DNA from: an uncultured virus (IMG/VR IMGVR_UViG_3300025133_000062)
Lineage: Duplodnaviria; Heunggongvirae; Uroviricota; Caudoviricetes
DNA length: 64,000 nt
IMG/VR virus record: IMGVR_UViG_3300025133_000062
Strand: one strand, 5' to 3'
Position numbers and translations under genes: made by a program. Positions 1 through 9,223 of this stretch are shown in pieces; position 1 is the stretch's first letter; each line of letters opens with the position of its first letter. The notes beneath the pieces are model-generated. The model searched no databases and was not told where the DNA came from. It saw only the letters and a list, made by a program, of their open reading frames with translations.

Positions 1-285
1 GGTTATGTGCTGTGCTGTAGATTTTGACAACGGAAAGATTTGGTGGCGCAAAGACGGTGATGCGTGGCCTAATTCTGGCAACCCCGCAACGGGAGCCAAC
101 CCTGCTGTTAGTTTTACGCCTTCTGGGCGGTATAGGCCGGTAACTTCAACAGGAGATAATGGCGCAGACCAAACAGTAAACTTTGGACAAACATCTCCTA
201 ATGCTGGCGGTAACGCCGATGATAACGGTTATGGTGACTTCGATAATGCACCTCCGAGTGGCTTCTTAGCACTCTGCACAGCCAA
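1..285 (+). repeat. Direct repeat copy 1 (exact for 1-127; mismatches at 128, 136, 159)
   Basis: Base-by-base comparison with 39510-39794; similarity decays gradually beyond 285. Confidence 0.95.
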
Positions 286-1318
286 CATGACAGCCCTGGA
301 TTTCGATCCAGCGGAGCATCATCAGGTGGAGCTAGTAAATCATGACGGAACAAGTACATCCTTTACGCTGGGTTGGAACGCCGATACCTACGACACGCTA
401 TTCATGATTAAGAACCGTGACAGCACTGAGGAGTGGTTCTGGGTGGATGGTCTTAATGGCTACGATAAATATTATAGAACCTCTACCGTGGGGGACACAC
501 AGCAGACAGATGCTAATATCATATCGGTTTCGGGAACAACCATAACCCTCGGTTCTAGTGCTGCATTATCATCAGATAATTACATCATTGAGTGTCATAG
601 AGCGGGTGCTGCTGGTGGGGCTTCAAATACTGATGGGACAATTACTACCACAGTATCAGCTAATTCTACGACACAATTCTCCATCGTTAACTACACCGGA
701 ACAGGCGTTAATGCTACAGTAGGTCATGGTCTTAGTGGTGCTGACGTTGTTATGGCGTTTGTTAACGCTGCTGAAACAAGCATTTGTGGACACACTGGCG
801 CAGGCTGGACAGGAACCTTGCGTCTAGATGCGAACTCAGCGCAGTCTACAGACGCCACAGTTTGGCAAGACACAGCACCCAGCCCCACAGTAGTTACGAT
901 TGGCACTTATCAAAGCGTCAACAAATCATCCACGGCGATCACACTTTACTGTTTTAAAGCTGTCGAAAGCTACAGCGCATTTGGGAGTTATGTGGGCCAT
1001 AGTTCCGGGCCTGTAATAAATCCGGGGATCAAACCTGAGACGTTGTTTGTTAAATCCAGTAGCACAGGCGGGTCGTCTTACGAGTGGAATGGGCTGTACT
1101 CAGAGGCAAACGAAGATGTCAATGGTGATTTTAATGGTGTTCAGTGGTCTACTACAGCGGCGGAAAGCTCTGGCAACACAGTTGATTTTTTATCCAATGG
1201 CGCAAAAATAAGACTAGGTGGTATCGGATTTAATGATAGCGGCGTAACTTATGTTTATCTGGCATGGGGAACACCAAGTGGTCCCAATAAATCAGGAACG
1301 CCAGCGAAAGCGAGATAA
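5..1318 (+). CDS. C-terminal half of SPRY/ConA-like tail spike (5' half lies at 38314-39509 on the circle)
   Basis: Aligns with the C-terminal half of ORF 38314-40851 (CCAVDFDNGKIWWRKDG, PPSGFLALCTAN, ...TPAKAR). Confidence 0.85.
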   Translation: MCCAVDFDNGKIWWRKDGDAWPNSGNPATGANPAVSFTPSGRYRPVTSTGDNGADQTVNFGQTSPNAGGNADDNGYGDFDNAPPSGFLALCTANMTALDFDPAEHHQVELVNHDGTSTSFTLGWNADTYDTLFMIKNRDSTEEWFWVDGLNGYDKYYRTSTVGDTQQTDANIISVSGTTITLGSSAALSSDNYIIECHRAGAAGGASNTDGTITTTVSANSTTQFSIVNYTGTGVNATVGHGLSGADVVMAFVNAAETSICGHTGAGWTGTLRLDANSAQSTDATVWQDTAPSPTVVTIGTYQSVNKSSTAITLYCFKAVESYSAFGSYVGHSSGPVINPGIKPETLFVKSSSTGGSSYEWNGLYSEANEDVNGDFNGVQWSTTAAESSGNTVDFLSNGAKIRLGGIGFNDSGVTYVYLAWGTPSGPNKSGTPAKAR

Positions 1319-1569
1319 TGGAACGGCGCGAAAATGACACGGAAATTTTATCCACCTTGGCCCGTCTTGATGAGCGGTCAAAGGCAACTCATTTAGCGAT
1401 TGAGAACTTGGATAACAGGCTGGAAGACCACATGAGGGATGAAGAAAAGATATTAGACGATCATGCCGGTCGTCTACGTGCTGTAGAACAAAAGCAAGCG
1501 TGGTACGCTGGCGCTGCTGCCGCTGGGGGAGCATTAGTCGCCACATTGGGACGCAAATTAGTCGGATAA
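1318..1569 (+). CDS. Small coiled-coil protein with C-terminal TM helix (XhlA/holin-like)
   Basis: LARLDER coiled coil plus WYAGAAAAGGALVATL; coupled to upstream stop; lysis context. Confidence 0.55.
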   Translation: MERRENDTEILSTLARLDERSKATHLAIENLDNRLEDHMRDEEKILDDHAGRLRAVEQKQAWYAGAAAAGGALVATLGRKLVG

Positions 1570-1578
1570 GGACATATA

Positions 1579-2010
1579 ATGAAGAATGTTCTTCTATTTG
1601 CCTTGTTAACTGCATTTCTACAGTCCTGCAATACCGTACCAGCGTCACCGAATGCGGAAGCGCAGATTTCTGGTACCCCACCCCCCGAAAAGGCGCTACA
1701 AAACAACTGTAACGCTGTTACTGAGACAGCATTCCGCGCCAGCATGGTGGCTAACGTCCCTGGTGTTGCAGTTGAACTCCTTCCTGAAGATCATCTGGTT
1801 GTATTTCTGGGCGCGTTTAACCTCTCTTGGGAACCAACGAATATAAAAGCTGATAGCATTATGATCTTTACCCACCCCCAGCCTCAGTCAGAGCAATTAA
1901 TTGTATTCAGCAGCGGGGGGTGTGTTAGTGGATACAGCCAGCTGCACAGATATGTTGTGGAACAATTGAAACAAGGAAGACCTTATAAACAACTGGGTGC
2001 AGGCGTTTGA
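1579..2010 (+). CDS. Putative lipoprotein
   Basis: Signal peptide MKNVLLFALLTAFLQS-C with lipobox-like Cys; AAGGA RBS. Confidence 0.6.
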   Translation: MKNVLLFALLTAFLQSCNTVPASPNAEAQISGTPPPEKALQNNCNAVTETAFRASMVANVPGVAVELLPEDHLVVFLGAFNLSWEPTNIKADSIMIFTHPQPQSEQLIVFSSGGCVSGYSQLHRYVVEQLKQGRPYKQLGAGV

Positions 2011-3035
2011 ATAAAATATATACGCCTGATCACCCAGATGTGGTTCGGGCTCATGATCTCTATGCCGATATTGGCATAAAGACACAAGTGGCAAAAGAAA
2101 TGGACATCTCGGTGGCGAAAGCTAACCGCTTACTTGCCGTAGACATCCAGAGAAAAGAAACGGAGTTTGAAACCCCTATTTTGCCAGACGAGCTTCCATC
2201 AGCAGAGGAGCTTCTTGAGCGCCGGAAACACCAGTACGCATTGAAGGACAGGGCTGAAGAGGCGCGGAAACTTATCCAGATAAAGGTGAAAATCGATGGA
2301 CCTATTGGTATTCTTCATATGGGTGATCCCCATGTTGACGACAATGGTACCGATATATCTGCTATTGAGCGCCATGTTGGTCTTATTAATTCCACCCCTG
2401 GCCTTTTTGGCGGCAATGTGGGTGATTCACAAAATAATTGGGTCGGGAGATTGGCCCACCTCTTTGGCGAACAAAGTCTTTCAGCGGCAGAAGCCTGGGT
2501 TTTAACAGAGTGGCTAATTAATGGCGTTGAATGGCTGTACCTAATTGGCGGTAACCACGATGTCTGGTCAGGGGCTGGAGATCCCTTGAAGTGGATGACA
2601 AGAAGCCAAGTCGGTGTCTTTGAAGATTGGGGGGCGCGATTAAGCCTCAAATTCCCGAATGACAAAGATGTCAGAATAAACGCCAGACATGATTTTGTCG
2701 GGCATTCCCAATGGAACGCAGGGCATGGGCCTACTAAAGCGGCCATGATGGGATGGAAAGATCATGTTTTGATTGCTGGGCATAAACACACCAGCGCGTA
2801 CAACGTAGTAAAAGACCCAGCCAGCGGTTTGATCAGCCATGCTATGCGGGTTGCCGGGTATAAAATACATGATCGTTATGCCAAGCAATTAGGCTTGCCA
2901 AATCAAAACATCTCCCCGGCATTTGTAACTGTCATCGATCCTGAATATGCAGACGATGACCCACGCTTGATCAGTACATTTTTCAGCCCCGAAGAAGGAG
3001 CCGAATACCTTACATGGAAAAGAAAAAAGAAATGA
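2007..3035 (+). CDS. Calcineurin-like metallophosphoesterase with N-terminal HTH-like region
   Basis: Motifs GDPH, GD, GNHD, H, GHKH. Confidence 0.85.
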   Translation: MNKIYTPDHPDVVRAHDLYADIGIKTQVAKEMDISVAKANRLLAVDIQRKETEFETPILPDELPSAEELLERRKHQYALKDRAEEARKLIQIKVKIDGPIGILHMGDPHVDDNGTDISAIERHVGLINSTPGLFGGNVGDSQNNWVGRLAHLFGEQSLSAAEAWVLTEWLINGVEWLYLIGGNHDVWSGAGDPLKWMTRSQVGVFEDWGARLSLKFPNDKDVRINARHDFVGHSQWNAGHGPTKAAMMGWKDHVLIAGHKHTSAYNVVKDPASGLISHAMRVAGYKIHDRYAKQLGLPNQNISPAFVTVIDPEYADDDPRLISTFFSPEEGAEYLTWKRKKK

Positions 3036-3295
3036 AAGCAGAACAAATTTGTCAGCTTGCAGCGGATTTGGTTGCCGGTGATAGAGCAAAACAGCACGGT
3101 AATATGTTGGCAACGCACAAGTCGATTGCCGATTATTGGGGGTGCTATTTGGGCCAGGAATTAACTGCGCTTGATGTAGCCAGGATGATGATTCTTTTGA
3201 AGTTCGTGCGTAGCTGTACTGGTAAGCTGAATAACGATGATTGGGTGGATATTGCAGGTTACGCAGGTTGCGCTGGAGAAATTTCCCATGACTGA
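3032..3295 (+). CDS. DUF6378-like phage protein
   Basis: GDRAKQHG...IADYW...DVARMMILLK...DDWVDIAGYA pattern; ATGA overlap with upstream gene. Confidence 0.75.
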   Translation: MKAEQICQLAADLVAGDRAKQHGNMLATHKSIADYWGCYLGQELTALDVARMMILLKFVRSCTGKLNNDDWVDIAGYAGCAGEISHD

Positions 3296-3674
3296 ATGGA
3301 ATTATAGATTTTTTAAACCAGAAGAATTTGTATGCCCCTGTTGTGACAAGATCGATATGCATGATGATTTTATGCGTAAAATGGTAAACCTACGCATGGC
3401 GTCAAAACAAGAAATAATCATTAACAGCGGATTTAGATGTAGCGATAGAAACAACGAATTGGGTGGGGGGAAATTGTCGGCTCACCTGGAAGGTAAGGCG
3501 GCTGATATTATGGTTGTGGGGAAGAATGCTAGAAAGCTGGTAGGCGCGGCAGAGTTTTGTGGCTTTGGTGGTATCGGCATAAACCAGAAGGGGGATTATA
3601 ACGGACGGTTTATTCATGTTGATACGGCGAGTAATTTAAGGGACCGCCCGCGCCCCTGGATTTGGAGTTATTGA
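3288..3674 (+). CDS. Endolysin, peptidase M15A
   Basis: EEFVCPCC, INSGFRC, SAHLEGKAADI, FIHVD motifs. Confidence 0.9.
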   Translation: MTEWNYRFFKPEEFVCPCCDKIDMHDDFMRKMVNLRMASKQEIIINSGFRCSDRNNELGGGKLSAHLEGKAADIMVVGKNARKLVGAAEFCGFGGIGINQKGDYNGRFIHVDTASNLRDRPRPWIWSY

Positions 3675-4060
3675 TGCTTGCGGCTATTACTGCTGCGCTT
3701 GGGCTTGCTGATACGCTGGCTGATGAGCTTATAGACACACCTGAAGAGAAGGCTGAAGGTGTTAAGAAGATACTGACGGCGCTAACGAAGGTGGATTTGG
3801 CTGTGTTGGGCGTTAACCAGGCCGACGCGCAATCTAAGCACTGGTGGCAATACGGCTGGAGGCCGATGATTGGTTGGACTTGCGCTTGCGCGATTTTCTT
3901 CCAGTTTTTTGTTGCCCCTATGTTGACATGGGTATTTGTGTGGATTGGGATAGATGTCCCGCCACTACCAAAGTTTGATCAATTTTTGTGGGAACTAATG
4001 TTCGGCATGCTTGGTATTGCCGGGTTGCGCTCCTGGGACAAAATGCAAGTGAGGAAATAA
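3674..4060 (+). CDS. 3-TM holin (GTA-release/DUF3154-like)
   Basis: GWRPMIGWTC and MLGIAGLRSWDK motifs; follows endolysin. Confidence 0.85.
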   Translation: MLAAITAALGLADTLADELIDTPEEKAEGVKKILTALTKVDLAVLGVNQADAQSKHWWQYGWRPMIGWTCACAIFFQFFVAPMLTWVFVWIGIDVPPLPKFDQFLWELMFGMLGIAGLRSWDKMQVRK

Positions 4061-4065
4061 TAGCT

Positions 4066-4530
4066 ATGATTATTTTTTGTCTTTTTCTTGGAGGTGTTGG
4101 CAGAGCGGTAGTCGGGTCTGGGAAAGGACCGGCATGGCTGGGAAGATGGTCGGTCTACCCGCCGATAGCTCTTTTAAGCGCGTATGTTGGATTAGGCTAC
4201 ACACCTCTTTTATTCTGGGCGGCTTTGGTGGCTTCTTTATCGATGGGTCTGGGCTATACTCAATGGGAAAGTTGGAAGCACATGAGTTTGCGGCTTGGAC
4301 TTCCCGCTTTAGCGGTAATAGCACCTATTATTTTTTTTCAGGGCTTAGAAGGCGTTTACTTGTTATACCCGGCTATTGCTGTAATTTGCGGGTTGTTGTA
4401 TCCAATAAGGCAAAATTTATTTGGTCGTTTGCCGGTGTCTATCTTTTCTATTTCTATGGATACTGCAAGATACATGGAATTTGTTGCCGGTACCTGTATA
4501 TTGGGGGGATTGAGTTTATTTTCACTGTGA
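4066..4530 (+). CDS. Multi-pass membrane protein of unknown function
   Basis: Several hydrophobic segments; GAGG RBS; last gene before attP. Confidence 0.6.
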   Translation: MIIFCLFLGGVGRAVVGSGKGPAWLGRWSVYPPIALLSAYVGLGYTPLLFWAALVASLSMGLGYTQWESWKHMSLRLGLPALAVIAPIIFFQGLEGVYLLYPAIAVICGLLYPIRQNLFGRLPVSIFSISMDTARYMEFVAGTCILGGLSLFSL

Positions 4531-4545
4531 CCGTTAATGTGACGA
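4526..4545 (+). promoter_or_regulatory. Putative integrase arm-type sites (left arm)
   Basis: tgtgaccgttaa-tgtgacga; the same tandem TGTG(A/T)C motif occurs at 4736 and 4957. Confidence 0.65.
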
Positions 4546-4641
4546 GAACATTTTTAGATGTTGTCTGAATGTTCCTTTATTTTGGGGTGTTGTTTGTAAC
4601 AAAAACAATGGTTTAGAGGCATTATGGTCCACTTGAATATA

Positions 4642-4689
4642 GGACTGAAAATCCGCGTGTCGGTGGTTCAATTCCGCCCCTGGGCACCA
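4642..4689 (+). other. attP: attP core: 3' portion of tRNA-Phe(GAA), anticodon arm to CCA
   Basis: ggactGAAaatccgcgtgtcggtggttcaattccgcccctgggcacca gives anticodon loop, T arm, acceptor 3' strand and CCA; no 5' half or D arm; lies downstream of integrase. Confidence 0.9.
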
Positions 4690-4735
4690 CTTTTCTGGGG
4701 TTTTTATAATATTATAATTCGGAATCCGCGCGCCC

Positions 4736-4755
4736 TGTGACCGTTTTTGTGTCAA
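4736..4755 (+). repeat. Putative integrase arm-type sites (right arm); exact 20-bp repeat with 4957-4976
   Basis: tgtgaccgtttttgtgtcaa present twice. Confidence 0.7.
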
Positions 4756-4940
4756 CTGATCTCCCTATTCTGGGCAGCTTCGATATCGCCAGTTTCCATA
4801 TCACAGCAGAGTTTGATTGTAGATAGAAGGTCCATGACTTTGACTTGACGCTCCCCTGGATTTTGTTCTTGTTGGCACTCAAGATCGAAGCGTCGGATCG
4901 AGGTGCTTATCCATCGCAGTGTGGCTTCTTTACTTCTCAT
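4752..4940 (-). CDS. Small hypothetical protein
   Basis: ATG at 4940 with AAGGA RBS, overlapping the end of the upstream ORF. Confidence 0.5.
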   Translation of the reverse strand: MRSKEATLRWISTSIRRFDLECQQEQNPGERQVKVMDLLSTIKLCCDMETGDIEAAQNREIS

Positions 4941-5112
4941 TTTTGTGTTCCTTTGATGTGACCGTTTTTGTGTCAAGCAAACTTATCGCTTCGCCGACGC
5001 TTAATCCGATTTTTTCCAATTCGTTAGATGCTACATACCAATTCAGACTGCCACCCTCGTATTGATAGAGGATGGCATCGATACGCTCTTTGTCGTAGCG
5101 ACTAAGCGGCAT
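4930..5112 (-). CDS. Small hypothetical protein
   Basis: Overlapping operon structure downstream of int. Confidence 0.55.
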   Translation of the reverse strand: MPLSRYDKERIDAILYQYEGGSLNWYVASNELEKIGLSVGEAISLLDTKTVTSKEHKNEK

Positions 5113-5455
5113 GACGATTGCGTTGTTTGAAAGAAGATTTGACAGAATTTTCCAGAGTACCGCGCTTCGTTTTCATCGCGCTAATTTGAGCATATGTTAG
5201 ATTCATATTGTTGAGTGTCGCATCAACATCCAACACACGTTGGCAAGCATGATTATGAATGTAGACTGCGCGAGGGTCATCATCATGCGGTTTAGGTTGG
5301 CCGTGGTGGCGCACGTGGGTTCTTGTAACCGAAGGTGCGGTTTTATCGTTTTCAAACTGTATTTTCACACTACCGGAAGGATTAAACAACGTCAGTGCTT
5401 CCATAACTTCGGTGTAGTTCATCTTGGTTTCAAGTTCGATCATGACTTTTGGCAT
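5102..5455 (-). CDS. Hypothetical protein
   Basis: GGAGAG RBS; overlaps int 3' end. Confidence 0.6.
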   Translation of the reverse strand: MPKVMIELETKMNYTEVMEALTLFNPSGSVKIQFENDKTAPSVTRTHVRHHGQPKPHDDDPRAVYIHNHACQRVLDVDATLNNMNLTYAQISAMKTKRGTLENSVKSSFKQRNRHAA

Positions 5456-6476
5456 TTTCTCTCTCCAATGCTATGTGAAGGTGTTTAAATTCAAGAAAGG
5501 CATACACTTTCTGTGTAACCCTGATATCTGCATGTCCGAGCCATAGCGTAACCTCGTGCATCGCAAATCCTTTGTCTTGTAAAAGTCTGCACCCGCAAGT
5601 GCGTCGTAGATCATGCCATTGGGCATGTGGGATTTTGGCGCGTCTAACTGCCGCCGCCAATCCTCTTGTCCGTTTCCCGTAACGTCGTCCTTTGGTGTTG
5701 CAGAATACCCAATCAGGTGTTCCGTCAAGGCGGGGATGGCGGGGAAGAGAGCCCAGGATTTCAATTGCCCGCTGAAGCAGCGGCACAGTCCTTTCTTTTC
5801 TTCTTTTGCCGATGACAGTTATTTGTTTCTTGGCGATGTCAACAGACTGCCATGTAAGACTTAGCTGCTCTTCGAGACGAAGCCCGGTGTCAATTGCAAA
5901 CGCAATTAATTCAGGCAAGTCGCCTTTTGCTGATTTGAGTAATTTTTGTTCTTCCTCACTGGATAGATACCTTGTCCGGGGAGGGCTTTCTTTCAAGCGC
6001 CCTCGGCGCTCCTGTCTTTTAAGAAATAAAGACACTGGATTACTATCCCAGACTTGCATATCCCAATTGGCATGGGAAAACATTGAAGACAAGCAAGCCA
6101 AATCTCGGCGAATGGTTGAAGAAGAAACGCCTTCGCTACGTCTTGTGTTTTCGTATGTGGCTAATGTTTTGCTGGTGATTTGGTCAAGATTAAGCCCGGT
6201 TAGAAGCGAGTGAAGGTTTTTTGCACTGGTGGTGTATCTGCGGTGGCTTTCTGGTCGCAAATGTGCGCTGTGGTTGTTGAGAAAACTCAACATGATTTTG
6301 TCATACTCCGGGGGTGGGCTTTCTCCCCACTGCTGTTTTCTAATTTCTTCTATTAATTTTTGCAGGCGCGTTTGGGCTTCCCGTTTAGAAACTGTTCCAA
6401 GGCTTCGGCGGATGATGTTATGCTTATACTGGAAACGTCCCCAGTATATTTTCCCACGTTTATAGACGGACGCCAT
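5430..6476 (-). CDS. int: Tyrosine integrase
   Basis: TGLR, K, HDLRRT, LGH...TQKVY catalytic motifs; likely start MASVYKRG. Confidence 0.95.
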   Translation of the reverse strand: MASVYKRGKIYWGRFQYKHNIIRRSLGTVSKREAQTRLQKLIEEIRKQQWGESPPPEYDKIMLSFLNNHSAHLRPESHRRYTTSAKNLHSLLTGLNLDQITSKTLATYENTRRSEGVSSSTIRRDLACLSSMFSHANWDMQVWDSNPVSLFLKRQERRGRLKESPPRTRYLSSEEEQKLLKSAKGDLPELIAFAIDTGLRLEEQLSLTWQSVDIAKKQITVIGKRRKERTVPLLQRAIEILGSLPRHPRLDGTPDWVFCNTKGRRYGKRTRGLAAAVRRAKIPHAQWHDLRRTCGCRLLQDKGFAMHEVTLWLGHADIRVTQKVYAFLEFKHLHIALERENAKSHDRT

Positions 6477-6646
6477 TGCTCTCTCCTCTCTTTTGATGCC
6501 CACCACAGACGAACTTTGTTGCCGTCGAATTTCCAGTGGGAAAATTCTCTTATTTGGTGGGCTCCGGGAATTTCTCCTCTTCCGGCCATAATATTAACCC
6601 ATCTCACACTGTAGCCTGTGAGCTTTGCGACTTCTTTGCTGTTCAT
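6353..6646 (-). CDS. xis: Excisionase (AlpA/MerR-like HTH)
   Basis: SKEVAKLTGYSVRWV...GEIPGAHQI...WKF; immediately upstream of and overlapping int. Confidence 0.75.
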   Translation of the reverse strand: MNSKEVAKLTGYSVRWVNIMAGRGEIPGAHQIREFSHWKFDGNKVRLWWASKERREQWRPSINVGKYTGDVSSISITSSAEALEQFLNGKPKRACKN

Positions 6647-7179
6647 TAAATATCTCCATACTTGGCAAGATATTGTTCCAGTAGTTCACATGCTTCGGTG
6701 AAAAGCTCTGGTCGTTTCTCTGCCCAACTTTCGACCGCTCTTGCCGCATATATAACTGTCGAATGATCGCGGTTGAAATAGCGGCCAATTTGTACCGTTG
6801 AGCAGTATGTAAATTTGGTGGAAAGCCATATGGCAACGTGGCGCGGTTGGGCGATATATCTGGCCCTTCGTTCGCCCAATATATTTTTTTTACTGATTCT
6901 GAGTCTTCGGGTGCGCTTAATATTGAAATGTTTTGTGACCATTTCAATGATACGTTCCATTTCAAAGGTATGTTTTGGGTAATACGCCGGTATCCGCCGC
7001 CGGGGCATATCTGAAATATCGATTCCAAGCATATTAGCGGCGTCGTACATGCTAAAAATTGCGCTTTGCATCGTGGCTATCTCCAAATTTAGCCTGCCAG
7101 ATGGCGTCCTTGGGCCTATGAATGCCGGGTTGCCTAACCTAGCCCCGTGCCACCGCATCAGGACGCCTGTTTTCCCCAA
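6646..7179 (-). CDS. DnaA domain IV (C-terminal HTH) protein
   Basis: RHVAIWL...STVQIGRYFNRDHSTVIYA matches the DnaA C-terminal signature; start uncertain. Confidence 0.8.
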   Translation of the reverse strand: MGKTGVLMRWHGARLGNPAFIGPRTPSGRLNLEIATMQSAIFSMYDAANMLGIDISDMPRRRIPAYYPKHTFEMERIIEMVTKHFNIKRTRRLRISKKNILGERRARYIAQPRHVAIWLSTKFTYCSTVQIGRYFNRDHSTVIYAARAVESWAEKRPELFTEACELLEQYLAKYGDI

Positions 7180-7233
7180 TTTAGAGAAGGAGCGGGGTCA
7201 TGATGCTGGCAGACACCATTTATTCAGGCACGG

Positions 7234-7644
7234 TCATCGTAGAGATGGGGCGGCATCGAAGGGGATGTCGTCATCCAAATCGTCCTGTTGGAGAGGACCG
7301 TTATTGCTGGCTGGTTTACCTTCCTTGTTACCCAGAAGTTTCAGGACGCCGCCGAAGCCAATCACGACTTCCGTTACCCATTTTTCTTTGCCATCTTTTT
7401 CATATTTACGATTTTGAAGATCGCCTTCAATAAAGACTTTTGTGCCTTTAGTCGTATATGGCTGAATGACCTTATTGATGAGATTTTCATCAAAAGAAAT
7501 AATGTTCCACCAGAAGGTCTTTTTATTGTCACCATAGCCGTTTTCTGTGGCAATAGAGAAAGATGCAACGGTTTTACCGTTGTTCGTTTGACGTATTTCC
7601 GGGTTTTTACCCAGGTTGCCGATTAGCATTGCTTTGCTTAACAT
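7234..7644 (-). CDS. ssb: Single-stranded DNA-binding protein
   Basis: LIGNLGKNPEIR, FSIAT, KGTKVFIEG, DDDIPF. Confidence 0.95.
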   Translation of the reverse strand: MLSKAMLIGNLGKNPEIRQTNNGKTVASFSIATENGYGDNKKTFWWNIISFDENLINKVIQPYTTKGTKVFIEGDLQNRKYEKDGKEKWVTEVVIGFGGVLKLLGNKEGKPASNNGPLQQDDLDDDIPFDAAPSLR

Positions 7645-7659
7645 GTTTATTCTCCTTGG

Positions 7660-8298
7660 TTATGCTGCATTAGCGGTTTCAATTTGTGCTTTCATCTTGG
7701 CAATGGTTGTATTCACACGCTGGCCTTGCGCCTTGTTAGTTGCGAAGCAACGCTTGTAATCTTCTTCAAAGTCTTTGAACCATCGATCCAGATCAATTTG
7801 GTCGCGTATTTCCCCCGCTTCCGCGATTGCTTTGTCGGCCCACGACTTCCACTCTTCTTTCTCAACATCGACCACATGCTCCTGCTGTTTGTCGTAAAGG
7901 GCTAATCCGAATTGGTTACCGAATGTCATCAAAGCGCGTTTCATTGCGTCGGTTTCGGCTTCTTTGATTGCCAGTTCGGCGGCTTGGCCGAATTTCCCGC
8001 CAATCCCGTTGCCGTAGCCGGTGCCTTCGCGCACAAGGCTGTCGCCCACGGTAATCCGCACTTGCGCCATATAATCAATATTCCACTTGCCGTTGACTTC
8101 GGTGGGTTCGCGGAGCTTTTCCAAGCTGATGGTTTCGCGGTCCCAGCCGCCGAATCCGAAGATGCGGTTAGCTTCCCGAATTGCATGGTGGCCTTCGATA
8201 TAGGAAAGGGTCATACCACCGCCGCCTTGGCGTTCTCTCACATGTTTTTTGTTCAGCGGGGCTTGTAGATTTTCAATTTGGTTTGTTTTAAATTCCAT
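7660..8298 (-). CDS. Rad52/Rad22-family single-strand annealing protein (Sak-like)
   Basis: LSYIEGHHAIREANRIFGFGGW, REGTGYG, AIKEAETDAMKRALMTFGNQFGLALYD. Confidence 0.93.
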   Translation of the reverse strand: MEFKTNQIENLQAPLNKKHVRERQGGGGMTLSYIEGHHAIREANRIFGFGGWDRETISLEKLREPTEVNGKWNIDYMAQVRITVGDSLVREGTGYGNGIGGKFGQAAELAIKEAETDAMKRALMTFGNQFGLALYDKQQEHVVDVEKEEWKSWADKAIAEAGEIRDQIDLDRWFKDFEEDYKRCFATNKAQGQRVNTTIAKMKAQIETANAA

Positions 8299-8307
8299 CG
8301 TTTTCTC

Positions 8308-9138
8308 CTATTGGATGTGGACTGAAAGACTGCCTTTTTTATTTCTTCTGACTTCAATACCGTTGCCATACGCTTTAGCGACTTCTGGGTGGTCGATAAT
8401 GAGAGCCTTGGCTTGATCTTTGGCGTCTTTGTTCGCTTTGATGCTGGTTTCTGTTTCTTTAATCATGGTAGCGACATCACCCCAAAGATTGGCCTCTTTG
8501 CGTTCAGCCATATTCCATTCGATAGGTTTTTCATATTTTATATGCACTGGTGGTGTATCTAATTTTTCTGTTGCTGGAGGTTCATCGTTTTCGACATGCC
8601 ACCAGAAATCATTTAACCTGCCGGTGTATTGGCGCAGGTGGTCATGGTTGATTATGGTTTTGATCATTGCAGGCTCTTTGTTTCCGAAGATGACAGAGAG
8701 AATGCCAAATTCAGCGGTCCCATCCAGATAATCCTGCACAACACAAGCCTCATGGATTTGCTGCCAGTAATATTCTTCAACTACCCTGTCCTTTTCTCCT
8801 GTGCCTTCTCTGTAACTTCCGGAGTAGGTATGTTTCGCGTTGACACTGGCTGGATGCTGCTCAAGCATAAACATGCCATCCGGGTGGCAACCCATGTGCG
8901 GGTAGGTGCTGTGGCGGATAGGTTCCTTGGTATGATCAGCGAAGGATCGGTCCAGTTTCCAACCAGTTTGATATTCCAGAAAATCCAGATTGAGGTCTTC
9001 CGTCAGGATGCCCAGTTGGACCGGGAAGACACGGGATAAATCCGTTCCCGGTTTGCGTCCGGTGATTTCTTGCCAGAGATCAAACCAATCGCCTTCCCAG
9101 ATTTTTTTGGCTTTTGATGCTCCTACGTAAGTCTGCAT
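8308..9138 (-). CDS. YqaJ/lambda-exonuclease-like recombination nuclease
   Basis: VGASKA, WFDLWQEITGR, VQLGILTE, GCHPDG, YYWQQIH; paired with Sak and SSB. Confidence 0.8.
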   Translation of the reverse strand: MQTYVGASKAKKIWEGDWFDLWQEITGRKPGTDLSRVFPVQLGILTEDLNLDFLEYQTGWKLDRSFADHTKEPIRHSTYPHMGCHPDGMFMLEQHPASVNAKHTYSGSYREGTGEKDRVVEEYYWQQIHEACVVQDYLDGTAEFGILSVIFGNKEPAMIKTIINHDHLRQYTGRLNDFWWHVENDEPPATEKLDTPPVHIKYEKPIEWNMAERKEANLWGDVATMIKETETSIKANKDAKDQAKALIIDHPEVAKAYGNGIEVRRNKKGSLSVHIQ

Positions 9139-9166
9139 TTGTCTGCTCCTTTTTATATTTTATTTT

Positions 9167-9195
9167 ATAATATCTGCATTAGTGCAGTTTGTCAA
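9167..9195 (-). promoter_or_regulatory. sigma70 promoter TTGACA-17-TATTAT with operator CTGCA-N4-TGCAG in the spacer
   Basis: Read directly from the minus strand upstream of the exonuclease gene. Confidence 0.8.
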
Positions 9196-9223
9196 ATACG
9201 CCGACTAAGGAAGGGTGCTGTCC

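Noticed and set aside
1..285. Near-identical repeat in a tail gene as a diversity-generating retroelement TR/VR pair
   Set aside because: Only one of three differences involves adenine, both copies are coding, and no reverse transcriptase is present in the window
4620..4689. Functional phage tRNA-Phe gene
   Set aside because: No 5' acceptor strand or D arm upstream of the anticodon stem; better explained as the attP core
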